From assembly GCF_009914755.1 (NCBI RefSeq), contig NC_060943.1: a DNA stretch of 64,000 nt. One strand, 5' to 3'. The stretch comes from the human T2T-CHM13v2.0 reference genome, Homo sapiens. Below the pieces are notes generated by a model. The model ran no database searches. It was not told where the DNA came from and saw only the letters and a program-made list of their open reading frames with translations. The stretch's first letter is position 1. Every line of letters begins with the position of its first letter. Both the position numbers and the translations under genes were made by a program. Positions 28,490 through 44,242 of the stretch are shown piece after piece.

Positions 28490-28695
28490 TACTTTCTCAA
28501 TCTCGGCACTAATAACATTTGGGCCAGATAACTCTTGGTTGGTAGGGGTGGGGTCCTGTACGCTATCGGGTGCTGAGCAGGTTCTAACTACTCCATGCCA
28601 GAGGCATGCCCGGTTCTGGGGGTAAAAATGACTCCAGACATTGCTCAGCATCCCCTGGGGACAGAATCACCCCCAGGTGAGGCCTCTACTGATCT
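28490..28695 (+). mobile_element. MER20 hAT DNA transposon relic
   Basis: TTTCTCAATCTCGGCACTA...TTTGGGCCAGATAACTCTT...AAAAATGACTCCAGACATTGC...AATCACCCCCAG. Confidence 0.8.
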
Positions 28696-28751
28696 AGGTT
28701 AAGTGATTTTAAAAATGACAATAATTGACGGAAACCACGATGAGGAGATTA

Positions 28752-29275
<524 letters not shown>

Positions 29276-29629
29276 TCAAGTCAACGTGAAATTTCATGAA
29301 TTCATTGTATCTTCATCATTATGTAAGGGAACAGCCTTGTTCTTAGAGGTGCCCAGTCCCTTCCGGGCTTATTAACAATAAACAGTTGTACATATTAAAA
29401 TGTTCACAATGGGTGAGGTGAGGAAAGACAGTACCTGAGAGGTCATGGTACTCTTCTTGCATCTTTTGATATTCTTTCCAAAATAAAAAGTTAAAAAAAA
29501 AAAAAAAAAGGGCCGGGCGCGGTGGCTCACGCCTGTAATCCCAGCACTTTGGGAGGCCGAGGCGGGCGGATCACGAGGTCAGGAGATCAAGACCATCCTG
29601 GCTAACACGGTGAAACCCCGTCTTTACTA

Positions 29630-29827
<198 letters not shown>

Positions 29828-30265
29828 CTAAGTAGGGATGAAAAAATTACAAAATAGGGCTGGGCACAGCGGCTCACGCCTGTAATCCCAGAACTTTGGG
29901 AGGGTGAGGTAGGCAGATCACTTGAGGTCAGGAGTTGGAGACCAGCCTGACCAACACGGCAAAACCCTGTATCTACTAAAAATGCAAAAATCAGCCAGGC
30001 GTTGTGGCTCAAGCCTGTAATCCCAGCACTTTGGGAGGTCGAGGCGGGCAGATTGCTTGAGGTCAGGAGTTTGAGACCAGCCTGGCCAATGCAGTGAAAC
30101 CCTGTCTCTACTAAAAATACAAAAAATTACTGGGGCGTGGTGGTGGGCACCTGTAATCCCAGCTACTCGGGAAACTGTGGCAGGAGAATCGCTTGAACTG
30201 GGGAGGCGGAGTTTGCACTGAGCCGAGATCAGTCCAGCCTGGGGGACAGAGGAAGACTCTGTCTC

Positions 30266-30297
<32 letters not shown>

Positions 30298-30299
30298 AA

Positions 30300-30610
30300 A
30301 AGTGTGCTGGAGGAGAAGAAATTCTGATTCATGCTACAACATGGATGAACCTTGAGGACATCATGTTAAGTGAAAGAAACCAGTATGAGGAGACAAACAC
30401 ATAATTCCAGTTACATGAGTTCCCTAGAACCGGCTAATTTATAAAGACAGAAAGTAGGTTGGAGGTTAGCAGGGGCTGGGGAAATGGGGAGTTTTTGCAT
30501 AATGGGTACAGAGTTTCTGTTTAGGAGGCTGGAAAGATTCTGGAGATGATGATGGTGATGGTGGCACAACAGTGAATGTACTTAATGCCACTGAGCCGTT
30601 CACCTAAAAA
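30300..30610 (+). mobile_element. L1MB-type 3' UTR fragment
   Basis: GAAATTCTGATTCATGCTACAACATGGATGAACCTTGAGGACATCATGTTAAGTGAAA...GTACAGAGTTTCTGTTT. Confidence 0.85.
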
Positions 30611-30617
30611 GGATTCA

Positions 30618-30779
<162 letters not shown>

Positions 30780-30804
30780 TTAAAATGGCAAATTTCATGT
30801 GACA

Positions 30805-31590
<786 letters not shown>

Positions 31591-33299
31591 ATATTTTACC
31601 ACAATAAACACACGTAGAGTAATAAGATGTCATTTCCACGCTCAGGTTGTAAGACACTGTAACTTCCATCTTGTTAGCCGAATGTATTGCCTTCTCAGTT
31701 TTCAGGCTTCAATAAAGCAATCCACCACGTTGAAGAGACCCCTATGTGAGTTTGCAAGTGGCTCTTTTCCCTTTCCAATCTTTTTTCTTTTCTTTTAGGT
31801 ATAGGATCTTGCTATGTTGCCCTGGCTGGGATGCAGCGGCTATTCACAGGTGCAATCATAGTGCACTACAGCCTCAAACTCCTAGCCTCAAGCAATCCTC
31901 ATGCCTCAGCCTCCAGAGTAGCTGGGCCTACAGGTACTTAACACCTCATCTGGCATCCCCCAGTCAGATATTTGGATGAGACCCCTGACTTGGCTAACAC
32001 CTTGATGAAAACCTGTGGAAGGTTCTAAGGCAGGTACGACACAGAAACAGTGAGATAATGAATATGATTATTTTAAGCCATTAAGATTTGAGGGGCTGGG
32101 CAAGGTGGCTCATGCCTGTAATCACAGCACTTTGGGAGGCCGAAATGGGTGGATCACTTGAGCCCAAAGGTTTGAGACCAGCCTGAGCAACATAGCAAAA
32201 CCCCATTTCTACAAAAATTTTAAAAATTAGCTGGGCATGGTGGTGTGCCCCTTTAGTCCCATCTAGTCTGGAGGCCGAGGTGGGAGGATCACTAAGCCCA
32301 GGAGACAGAGGTTGCAGTGGGCCCTGATCCTGCCACTGCACTCCAGCCTGGGTGACAGAGGGAGACCCTGTCTCAACAACAACAAAAAAGATTTGGGGCT
32401 ATTTGTTACACAGCAATAAATAACTAATACACGTGTGTGTGTGTGTTGTTTGTTTGTTTGGTTTTGAGACAAAGTCCTGCTCTGTCACCCAGGCTCTGGA
32501 GTGCAGTGGCACGATCTAGGCTCACTGAATCCTCCCCCCCACTGGGTGCAAGTAATTCTTCTGCCTCAGCCTCCCAAGTAGCTAGGACTACACGTGTGCC
32601 ACACCACGACTGGATAATTTTTGTATTTTTAATAGAGAGGGGGTTTCACCATATTGGCCAGGCTGGTCTCAAACTCCTGACCTCGTGATCCGCCTGCCTT
32701 GGCCTCCCAAGGTGCTGGGGTTACAGATGTGAGCCACCGCACCTGGTCCACTATTTTTTTTTTATCATTATTATTAGAGGAAGTTTCATAAAGAGAATGA
32801 ATATGTGGGCTTTTGTAGCCAATCCTAGAGGGTGGGAGTCCCTCCCTGCCTCCTAGCTTGTACTTGCCCCATTGGGAGCCTCAGTTTTCTCATCTGTAAA
32901 AGGCGAATGATAACAATGCCTGCTTCTGGGGCATAAGAAGCATGAGATGCAAATAAAGCGTTTCGCTCAGGCTCTGCACGTAGGGAGTGGTCAGGTACAG
33001 GGGCCGTGGTGATGCCGCTGATGGCTAGGGGGACAGGGACTGTCTCCTGTCTTGTCTGGTGACATCCCCTTCTGAACAGAGACTTGGAGCCTGCAGGGGT
33101 TTCAGCAATTGTTTGTTGATGCTGCAAGATCTCTGTGCCCCTGCCGTGTTTGTCTGTCTGTCTGTCAGCGTGCCCTACCCTCTGTGCTCGCTGGCCTGGT
33201 TCGTGATCCTCGCCGTGTCCTGTCCACCCACTTGGATGTCCTGTCATGTCCGTGGGGGGCTCGGAGCGACTGAGCTGTGGGGGCCGGAGACTGGGAGCG

Positions 33300-33930
33300 G
33301 GAGCTGAGGGAGGGAGGGAGGAGGGAGGGAGGGAGGCAGCGCTTGCCTGGCCCTCATGATCCCCCCTCCTCGTCTCTTGCCGAGGACCCTCAGCGCAGCC
33401 ACTTCTCCAGGCACTCGGCAGAGAGAACGCGCGTAGGCGTTGCCCTGGCAACGCCGGGATGCCCAGCAACAAGTCCGCGGCGTGTATCACGTGCTCGGCG
33501 CGGACCAATCCGAGGGCCCGCCGGGAAGCAGGTCAGCCTGGGCCAAAGTCCGCCTCCTCCCTCGCGGCGAGAGGCTCCCAGCTAATTACCGTAATTGCGG
33601 TGGGAGAGCTGCCGGATGCGCGGGGGCTGGGGCTGGGGGCTGGGCAGGCCCTGAGGAGCTGAGCGGGGAGGGCTGGAAAACAGGACTCTCCTCCAACAGC
33701 CCTGCCGCTGCCTCCAACCCCACCATCGAAGCGTTCATTAGGCGCCTACAGTGTGCACCTGCTGTTGGAAGGGGTGGGTTTGGAGTGTTTCCAGTGGTGG
33801 TGGGGAACCCTAGCCTCCAGCCTGGGTAAACCTAGATTTGGGGGCGCGGGGAACAGATTTGACTCTTAAGACTCGGGGTCTCATGGAAACTGTCCAATCG
33901 CCGTTGGCTGTATTGAACCAATCCCCCCCT
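33300..33930. promoter_or_regulatory. CpG-rich promoter/enhancer-like element (RFX X-box, E-box, CCAAT, homeodomain dyad, G4-capable tracts)
   Basis: High local CpG density in non-repeat DNA. GTTGCCCTGGCAAC 33439-33452, CACGTG 33488-33493, CCAAT at 33505, 33894 and 33918, TAATTACCGTAATTG 33583-33597. Confidence 0.75.
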
Positions 33931-34115
33931 CCCCCATCCCGATGGGTCACGGTTTCCTCCTGCACAAAAATACAAAAAGTTTAACTCTTGAAGAGGGTGT
34001 ATTAAAAGATTTGCCTCTGGGTGGACAGAATTCACATCCCGTCTCTGCCATTTGCGGCTGTGTGACTCTAGGTGAGTCCCTTAACCTCTCTGAGCCCTCG
34101 ACTCCTCATCAGTTA

Positions 34116-34382
<267 letters not shown>

Positions 34383-34903
34383 CTAGGTGACAGAGCAAGA
34401 CTCTGTCTCATATTATTGAGAGAATGTGTGTGAAGTGTGCAGCAAGTATTTAATAAACAGCAGCTAATCATCACCATGGTCCCAGCTCTCAGTTAGGAGC
34501 TGTGAGACCTTCCAAGTGTCATTTAATGGCACTGAGCCCCAACTGTTTCCATAGATGAGGTGAAGGAGTGGGAGAAGTGGCCTCGTGTCAGATTCCCTGC
34601 CACTGCAGTTTGTTTCCTACACAATGTTCTCTGGGTTGTTTTTCTTTCTAATTAATAATAGCTCAAGGCCAGGTACAGTGGCTCTCACCTGTAATCCCAG
34701 CACTTTGGGAGACCTGGCGGAGGCAGGAGGATCTCTTGAGGCCAGGAGTTCAACACCACCCTGGGTGACAGACTGAGACCATGTCTCTAAAAAACAATAG
34801 AAATTTAAAAAAAGAAAGAAAATTAGCTCAAAGTGGGGGCCTTCATGTGAAGGCATTTAAATTTCTGATTCCTAGACTACCTGATTTTTTTTTTTTTTTT
34901 TGA

Positions 34904-35179
<276 letters not shown>

Positions 35180-35327
35180 TGATCTCTTCTTAACTCCTTT
35201 CCAGTTATTTGCTTTGTTTGTTCTTTTGTCGACAAGCATTAATTGAGCACCTAGTGTGTACCAGGCTCTACTGTGGGTCTGAGTCCTCAGCCTCGCTGTG
35301 CTGAACTCAGGGTCCAACTGAGCCGGA

Positions 35328-35406
35328 CTGCAGGGCAGCTTCGAGGAGTAAATGAGACCCTTCAGTCATTCAGTGAATTTCAGGCATTGGGAAATACAGT
35401 GCCAAT
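35328..35406 (+). repeat. 79-bp local direct duplication, copy 1 (copy 2 at 37162-37240)
   Basis: Ungapped manual alignment: 71/79 identical, last 33 nt identical. Confidence 0.9.
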
Positions 35407-35767
35407 AGTTGTGACTATCGCATTGACCACAGGAAGTGGCCCAGGACCTCAGTGGACGGGAGGACACATCTGATCATCGTTCATTTTCACCAGTGCTGAT
35501 TTCCTCCTCCAGGTCTTTCCTCCCGCTCGCTGTTCCATCTTTCCCGGAAGACTTTCCTCTGAGCAGGCCCTCTGCTCACCTGCTCCGGGAACAGCAGGAG
35601 CAAAGACACAAATGGCAGAGCCTCTGAGGGGCTCCCCTGGGTGTACCCCCCTCCACCACTGTGGCTGCCAGGAACTGTCTTCCTATCTGCTCCCCTCTTA
35701 GAAGGGCAGTCACCAGACGGCAGTTGCAGAGAAGGACTGTACTTGGAAGTTGTTTTTATTGTTGTAG

Positions 35768-35968
<201 letters not shown>

Positions 35969-36777
35969 TAGGCTGGTCTCAAACTCCGGCCTCAAGTGAT
36001 TCTCCAGTCTTGGCCTCCCAGATTACTGAGATTACAGGTGTGATCCACTGTGCCTGGCCCAGAATTTTGTTAATATGCATATTTCAGGAGCCTCTGCAAG
36101 CTAAGAAGGGAGAATACAACTTCCATGCAAGGGCCTCCCAGGACTCAGGGCTGGTGAGCAAACCAGGTCTGCAGGAACTTGGCTTGACTCTGCAGCCCAA
36201 AAGGCACATTTTGGAGGCTTGGGTCTGGTCCCACTTCAGACTCAGGTACCAACCACAGAATTTGGCTGAAAGTGGGGACTCTGGTCTCAAAAGGCAGCTC
36301 TCTCTGTTTCTCTGCTGTGTGAGCCTGGGCAAGAGTCTCAACTCTCTGTGCTTGCTTCTGCCCCTGGGACATGGTGCTAATAAGCACCAAGCTTGGAAAG
36401 TTAACGTGAGGACGAGATGAAGAGAAGAGCCAGCACCTAGTAGGTTTTCAATAAATGGTAGCTGGCATTATCATTTACACAGATTGGGGACTGATTGGAA
36501 GGAAGCCGTGACGGCCACAGAACCAACAGAAAGCTAGAAAATCGCTTTTGAGAACAGGCAGATGCCAAGAGAAGAGCCATTGAGGGGAGCAGCAAGATGG
36601 CAGGCAGGGAAATATCAAGCCTAGCCCCAGACAGACTCCGTCTTTCAGTAGGACTACGGGCTAGCAATCCAACCTCTGTCTTCTTCCCTTTTCCCCATCT
36701 TTCAAACAGGAACAAAACAACAGGTCCTGGTTCCCTGGAGGATGAGGGTGTGAGTTGGAACAGATACCCTTGGAGAG

Positions 36778-36817
36778 GTTCCGGAAGGTTCCAGAAGGTT
36801 CTGGAAGGTTCTGGAAG
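36778..36817. promoter_or_regulatory. Heat-shock element: eight contiguous alternating nGAAn pentamers
   Basis: gTTCc gGAAg gTTCc aGAAg gTTCt gGAAg gTTCt gGAAg, a perfect match to the HSF consensus. Confidence 0.75.
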
Positions 36818-37161
36818 GTCCAAATCTGGACCTCATCGTATCATTGACAAATATCTATTGGGGCTCAATATTTTCAGGACACGGTGCTTCATGTTAGGGC
36901 TGCCAGAAAGTATGGCAAGCCAAGACAAGAAACATCAAAGACGGGGATAGGAAAGCTGGATTCTAGTCCTGGCTGGGCCTCTGACGTGCTGTTTGAGCTC
37001 TCTGGGCCTCAAGGAATTGAAAAGTAGGGGGGTTCTATAATAGGAAGGCCACCCTTCAGAGCCCTTCTCTGCCCCCTGCTTGCTAGGTGTCCTTGGGGAA
37101 AATGTCTCCACCTCTCTGGGACTCAGTTTCCACATCAGAACAGTGAGATTCAGTCACTGTG

Positions 37162-37240
37162 CTGCAGGACAGCTTTGAGGAGTAAATTAGATTATTTAGT
37201 CATTCAATGAATTTCAGGCATTGGGAAATACAGTGCCAAT
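37162..37240 (+). repeat. 79-bp local direct duplication, copy 2
   Basis: See copy 1. Confidence 0.9.
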
Positions 37241-37793
37241 TAAAATGGGGCATGACCTGGCTCTCTATGGTCTATAAAACGCTTAGCACATAGTGAATGA
37301 CAGACAATGAGTACCACCATTGGGCCATCATCATCACCCGTAAAGTGCTCGGCACAAAATAGATGCTCAGTAAACCCTAGTTAGTAATACTGCAGCAGTA
37401 GTTCCAGGACCTACATTGCAAGATTCTCTCCTCTCCCACTGTGTCCAAAGCATTAACGTGCCAGGAAGCAGGAACTGAGACCTTTATTAGGGATTCCCTG
37501 GGTGGCCTCAGGTGGGGAGGGTGACCTGCGTGTGGTCCTGTTTTCATGCCCTGCCTCTTCTAGGTAAACGCCTCTGCTAATCTCCCCTTGCCCAGGCTGC
37601 AGGTCAGGTTTCGGGGCCCCAGGCAGATGTTGTCCAGAGTAGCCCTGTTTCCTTAATCCTCAGGGCTCCAGAAATTGTCCTTAGAAGAAAGAACAACAGA
37701 CCCGCTGAGGTCACCATCTGTGCAGTCTTGATTTGTAAATGCTCATGAGGGTGGCAGGAAAGAGGTCTCTATAGTAACGGCTGAGGAAGGGGC

Positions 37794-37797
<4 letters not shown>

Positions 37798-37838
<41 letters not shown>
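37798..37838. repeat. (TG)n microsatellite of about 20 units
   Basis: Direct observation. Confidence 0.97.
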
Positions 37839-37841
<3 letters not shown>

Positions 37842-38324
37842 CGCACATACAGGGAGGAGGAATCACCCAAGGCCCTTATTCCTAGACTTTTCTTTTCTAC
37901 CCTGATGAGCTATTAATTAATACTCATTGCTGGCTTGTTATTCCCAGAGATAATTAGCTACTGTTCCTAACTGGAGTCGTGGGGCCATTTTCTAAATAGA
38001 TTCGTTCGCCTCTGCCCACCCACACCTGTCTATCTCCCGGGACACAAGGAAATGTTACAGAACACAGAGACCCAGAGAGGAGAAAAACTGAACAAAGGGG
38101 TCTCTCTGGGAAGCTCAGATTCCAAGTGAATAGACAAGAGCAGAGCCTGAATGAGCAAGGGCCCAGTGCACAGAAAGTTATTATAAAAATGCCAGCTATA
38201 GCTGAGAGTGGTGGCTCACGCCTGTAATCCCAACACTTTGGGAGGCCAAGGCAGGAGGATCACTTGAGGTCAGGAGTTCGAGACGAGCCTGGCCAACGTG
38301 GTGAAACCCCATCTCTACTAAAAT

Positions 38325-38936
<612 letters not shown>

Positions 38937-39019
38937 TCATCTCTAAAATAAAATAAAATAATAAAAAATAAAAATAAAAAGTAGCAAACGTGCATGTGGG
39001 CGGAGAATGTACACACTTA

Positions 39020-39310
<291 letters not shown>

Positions 39311-39396
39311 TTAAAATTAGCTGGGCATAGCGGTGCACACCTACAGAAGGCTGAAGTAGGAGGATTGCCTGAGCCAGGAGGCAGAGACTGCAGTGA

Positions 39397-39687
<291 letters not shown>

Positions 39688-39721
39688 TGACCAGGCTGGT
39701 CTCGACCTCCTGACCTCGTGA

Positions 39722-40978
<1,257 letters not shown>

Positions 40979-41673
40979 TAGAATGTCTGGCACTGACCCT
41001 GGCACAGAGTAAAAGCTTAGGGAAGGGGAGAGAGAAAGGGTGGCAGGTCTTCCTGTGCAACCTGAGGAACTTCACTTTTGTCCTGGCCTGAATGATCAGG
41101 TCCTGTACAGCTGTCCCTGATTTATATCCTAACTGTCCCTTCTATGCTTGCTCACCCCCCAGGGCCTGTTCTTTCCCCCACCCCCACCAGGGCCCTTACA
41201 CTGACTGTTCCTTCAACCCAATGCCCATACCAACATGTGAGCAGAGTTTTCATGTCTTTACCCTCCCTAAAGGCAAGGTTGGTTGCTGAATTCATGTATG
41301 TATCTCCAGTGCCTAGTACAACAAGTTTGTTGAGCAAATAAATGGGTGGAATAGATCAGGAAAGAATAACAGCTGCATTATTAGAAAACTTACCGTAAAC
41401 AGACATGATTGCTAGTGCCATGCCAAGCCATATTGGGACCTCAGGCAAAAGGAAAAGTCAGAAAGGCTGGTTCTGCCTTTATTTACATTTTTGATATTTT
41501 GTTCATTGTGGATTTTGGCATACATTTTGATTTCTTAAAACATTGCATCGATTTTTTTTTGAGACAGGGTCTTGCTCTGTCACCTAGGCTGGAGTGCAGT
41601 GGTGCAATCATAACTCACTGCAGCTTCGACCTCCTGGCCTCAAGTGATCCTCTCACCTCAGCCTCCCAAGTAG

Positions 41674-41964
<291 letters not shown>

Positions 41965-42579
41965 TAGCCCCTGCCCTGATTATTTCTAACATGCAATCCA
42001 CACCATATCATTAGTTCCTCAGCAAATACTCTACTATTATCACTACTTCACAGTTGCAAAAACTGAGGCACAACTGTGCCCAATGTCCCAAAGGAAGGAG
42101 AAGAAAAATCTGAACTTGAACCCCAGTTTCTTCGTTTTTTGGTTCAGAGCCTGCCCAGTATAGCACTACAATAAGCTGAATTTTATAAATTGGGTTTTGA
42201 GTTAAGGAATCAAAAGCTTCAGGCTTAAGTCCCACCTCTGCCCCAGAGTCTTCTGAGCCCTCCATTTTCACAGACGTCAGTTGCCCTAGGTGGAACTGGA
42301 CTTTAATATTCTCCACATCCCTTATTTTTTCCCAAAACAGTTTACCAGCTTTTTCTTTCCTGAACCAGGAGCAATAGCAAAAATTGGGAATGGGAAGAAA
42401 CAGGTACCAGCCAGGACACCTGAACGAACTTGGAGCTCAGGAACCCAGGAGGGGATTGGAGAGAGTGGGGAGACTCCATGGTCCACAATGAATGCTCCTT
42501 CCCCATCCGAAAAAATCCCCTAGCCCAGTTTTTGGGCAGATGCCAGACTTTTATTCTGAAGCGTGGGCCACAACCTATG

Positions 42580-42780
42580 AGGTAATCTTTGGAGCTTCAT
42601 TCTGAGGCGGAATCCCATTGGCCAGTTGGGGAAGCCCCTCCCAGGATTCCTGGCGCTCCGCCTTCCCTGAAGCCTATAAAAGCGCAGGTCCCCGCCTCGG
42701 CAGCCACGGGACACCTGCATCTGCCAACAAGACTGGAAGCAGGTGAGGCACACAGAGGGGGAGGCCCGCAGCTGCGTGGG
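42580..42780 (+). promoter_or_regulatory. MIR7-3HG: MIR7-3HG core promoter
   Basis: TATAAAA at 42675-42681, reverse CCAAT (ATTGG) 42617-42621, GC-box-like GAGGCGG 42604-42610, E-boxes CACCTG 42712, CATCTG 42718 and GCAGCTGC 42768. TSS inferred at about 42702-42707 from TATA spacing. Confidence 0.8.
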
Positions 42781-42806
42781 AGGAGGGGTGGTCTGAGGGA
42801 CGTGGG

Positions 42807-42924
42807 ATGCCGGGAATGAGGCTGGTTTGCAGGTTGGCGCATGGACATTTTCCCAGAAAGGGACAGAGACGGCGAAGTTTGACGGTCTGGAAAGCAGAGA
42901 CCAGCAGGGCTGACTGCTTGGGAG
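42807..42924 (+). CDS. MIR7-3HG: Putative PGSF1 ORF, coding segment 1 (MPGMRLVCRLAHGHFPRKGQRRRSLTVWKAETSRADCLG)
   Basis: ATG at 42807, strong donor GAG|GTAAGT at 42924/42925. The three segments join in frame to 128 codons matching the putative PGSF1 protein as I recall it. Translation in vivo is doubtful. Confidence 0.5.
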
Positions 42925-43145
42925 GTAAGTTCTGGGGACATGGTACAGGGTGAGGAGCAGGTATCAGTGCTAGTTGCGACCCCTCTGTGTCTCCCCCCCG
43001 CCACCCCATTGCCATTCTGAAGCTCCCCAGGAAGAAGCTAGGAGGGGAAATAAATTGAGTGGGGGTGGGGTTTCCCAAGAATCGGAGGAACCGAGAACGA
43101 AGAGGGGTGGGGGAACGGGGAAAGAGAGAGGAAAATCAAGTTTTC

Positions 43146-43325
43146 TTCAGCACGAGGGACAGCTCTCCACCGACCGAAGGAGGAGAATGCTATTTATTTC
43201 AGCACCAAATATCCGGACAGCGCCTCTCGGGAGGTCCGAGAAGAGAACCGCGATCTGTTTCAGCACCGGGGCTCAGGACAGTTCCCAGCGGGCTCCGTTT
43301 CGTCTCCAGAACCCTGGACAGCTCC
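43146..43325 (+). promoter_or_regulatory. Cluster of four REST/NRSF RE1 elements
   Basis: TTCAGCACG-AG-GGACAGCTCT 43146-43166; TTCAGCACC-N8-GGACAGCGCC 43198-43224; TTCAGCACC-N8-GGACAGTTCC 43259-43285; TCCAGAACC-CT-GGACAGCTCC 43305-43325. Consensus is TTCAGCACC-NN-GGACAGCGCC. Confidence 0.9.
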
Positions 43326-43330
43326 TCCAG
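43203..43330 (+). CDS. MIR7-3HG: Putative PGSF1 ORF, coding segment 2 (APNIRTAPLGRSEKRTAICFSTGAQDSSQRAPFRLQNPGQLLQ)
   Basis: Acceptor TATTTATTTCAG|C and donor CAG|GTAACG; 128 nt, phase-compatible with segments 1 and 3. Confidence 0.5.
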
Positions 43331-43427
43331 GTAACGGGAGAGCCCTTTGACCCTGATTTTGCAGGGGGAGGACGAGAGAGGGTGGTCTGAGGTGCCTGGC
43401 ATTTCTGGAGACCTGCACCTCATGTAA

Positions 43428-43754
<327 letters not shown>

Positions 43755-43855
43755 TGAGTCACTGCGCCTGGCCCAAGTCCGGAATTTTCAACAGGTAAGA
43801 TACCTCACTGGGGTAACAGCTGCCTGCTAAGATGACATTATGGTGTCTCTTCCAG

Positions 43856-44022
43856 ACTTCGGTGAGAAACCTTGTGCCAAGCATTTTACATACATCATAT
43901 CATGCCATCTTCAACCCTAGGACATGGGTGTTACTGTGCCCATGTGACATTTGGGGAACCCAAGGCCCTGAGAAAGGCAGAAAAATAACCCACGCAGGGA
44001 CTCTCAGCCCACAAGTGAAGCT
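43856..44022 (+). other. MIR7-3HG: Candidate alternative (cassette) exon of MIR7-3HG
   Basis: Acceptor TGTCTCTTCCAG|A and donor CT|GTAAGT; 167 nt, open in frame with segment 2 (TSVRNLVPS...PQVK). Confidence 0.5.
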
Positions 44023-44242
44023 GTAAGTCAACCCCACCAGTCCAACTCCAAATCCCATGTCTCTGACGTGCCTGGGTGGGAGGTGGGCCCTTGGAGATCA
44101 GACCCTGCTTCTCTCCAGGAGAACCGGGAATGGAAAACAGGGAGGCAGCACAGAGGCAGGAAACTCAGGTGTCATAGCTTGGCTCAGGTGAGAAGGAGGA
44201 GCTGGGCAGGGGTCTCAGACATGGGGCAGAGGGTGGTGAAGA

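Noticed and set aside
32825-33829. Overlapping ORFs of 100-227 aa across the CpG-rich element
   Set aside because: Expected scarcity of stop codons in GC-rich DNA; the 227-aa ORF ends in MIR-like sequence; no homology recognised.
43146-43325. Repeat-spacer periodicity superficially like a CRISPR array
   Set aside because: Human DNA, degenerate repeats, no cas genes; the repeated motif is the REST consensus.
42974-43390. 138-aa unspliced ORF over exon 2
   Set aside because: Only 43203-43330 fits the spliced structure; the rest is intron read-through from a non-ATG start.
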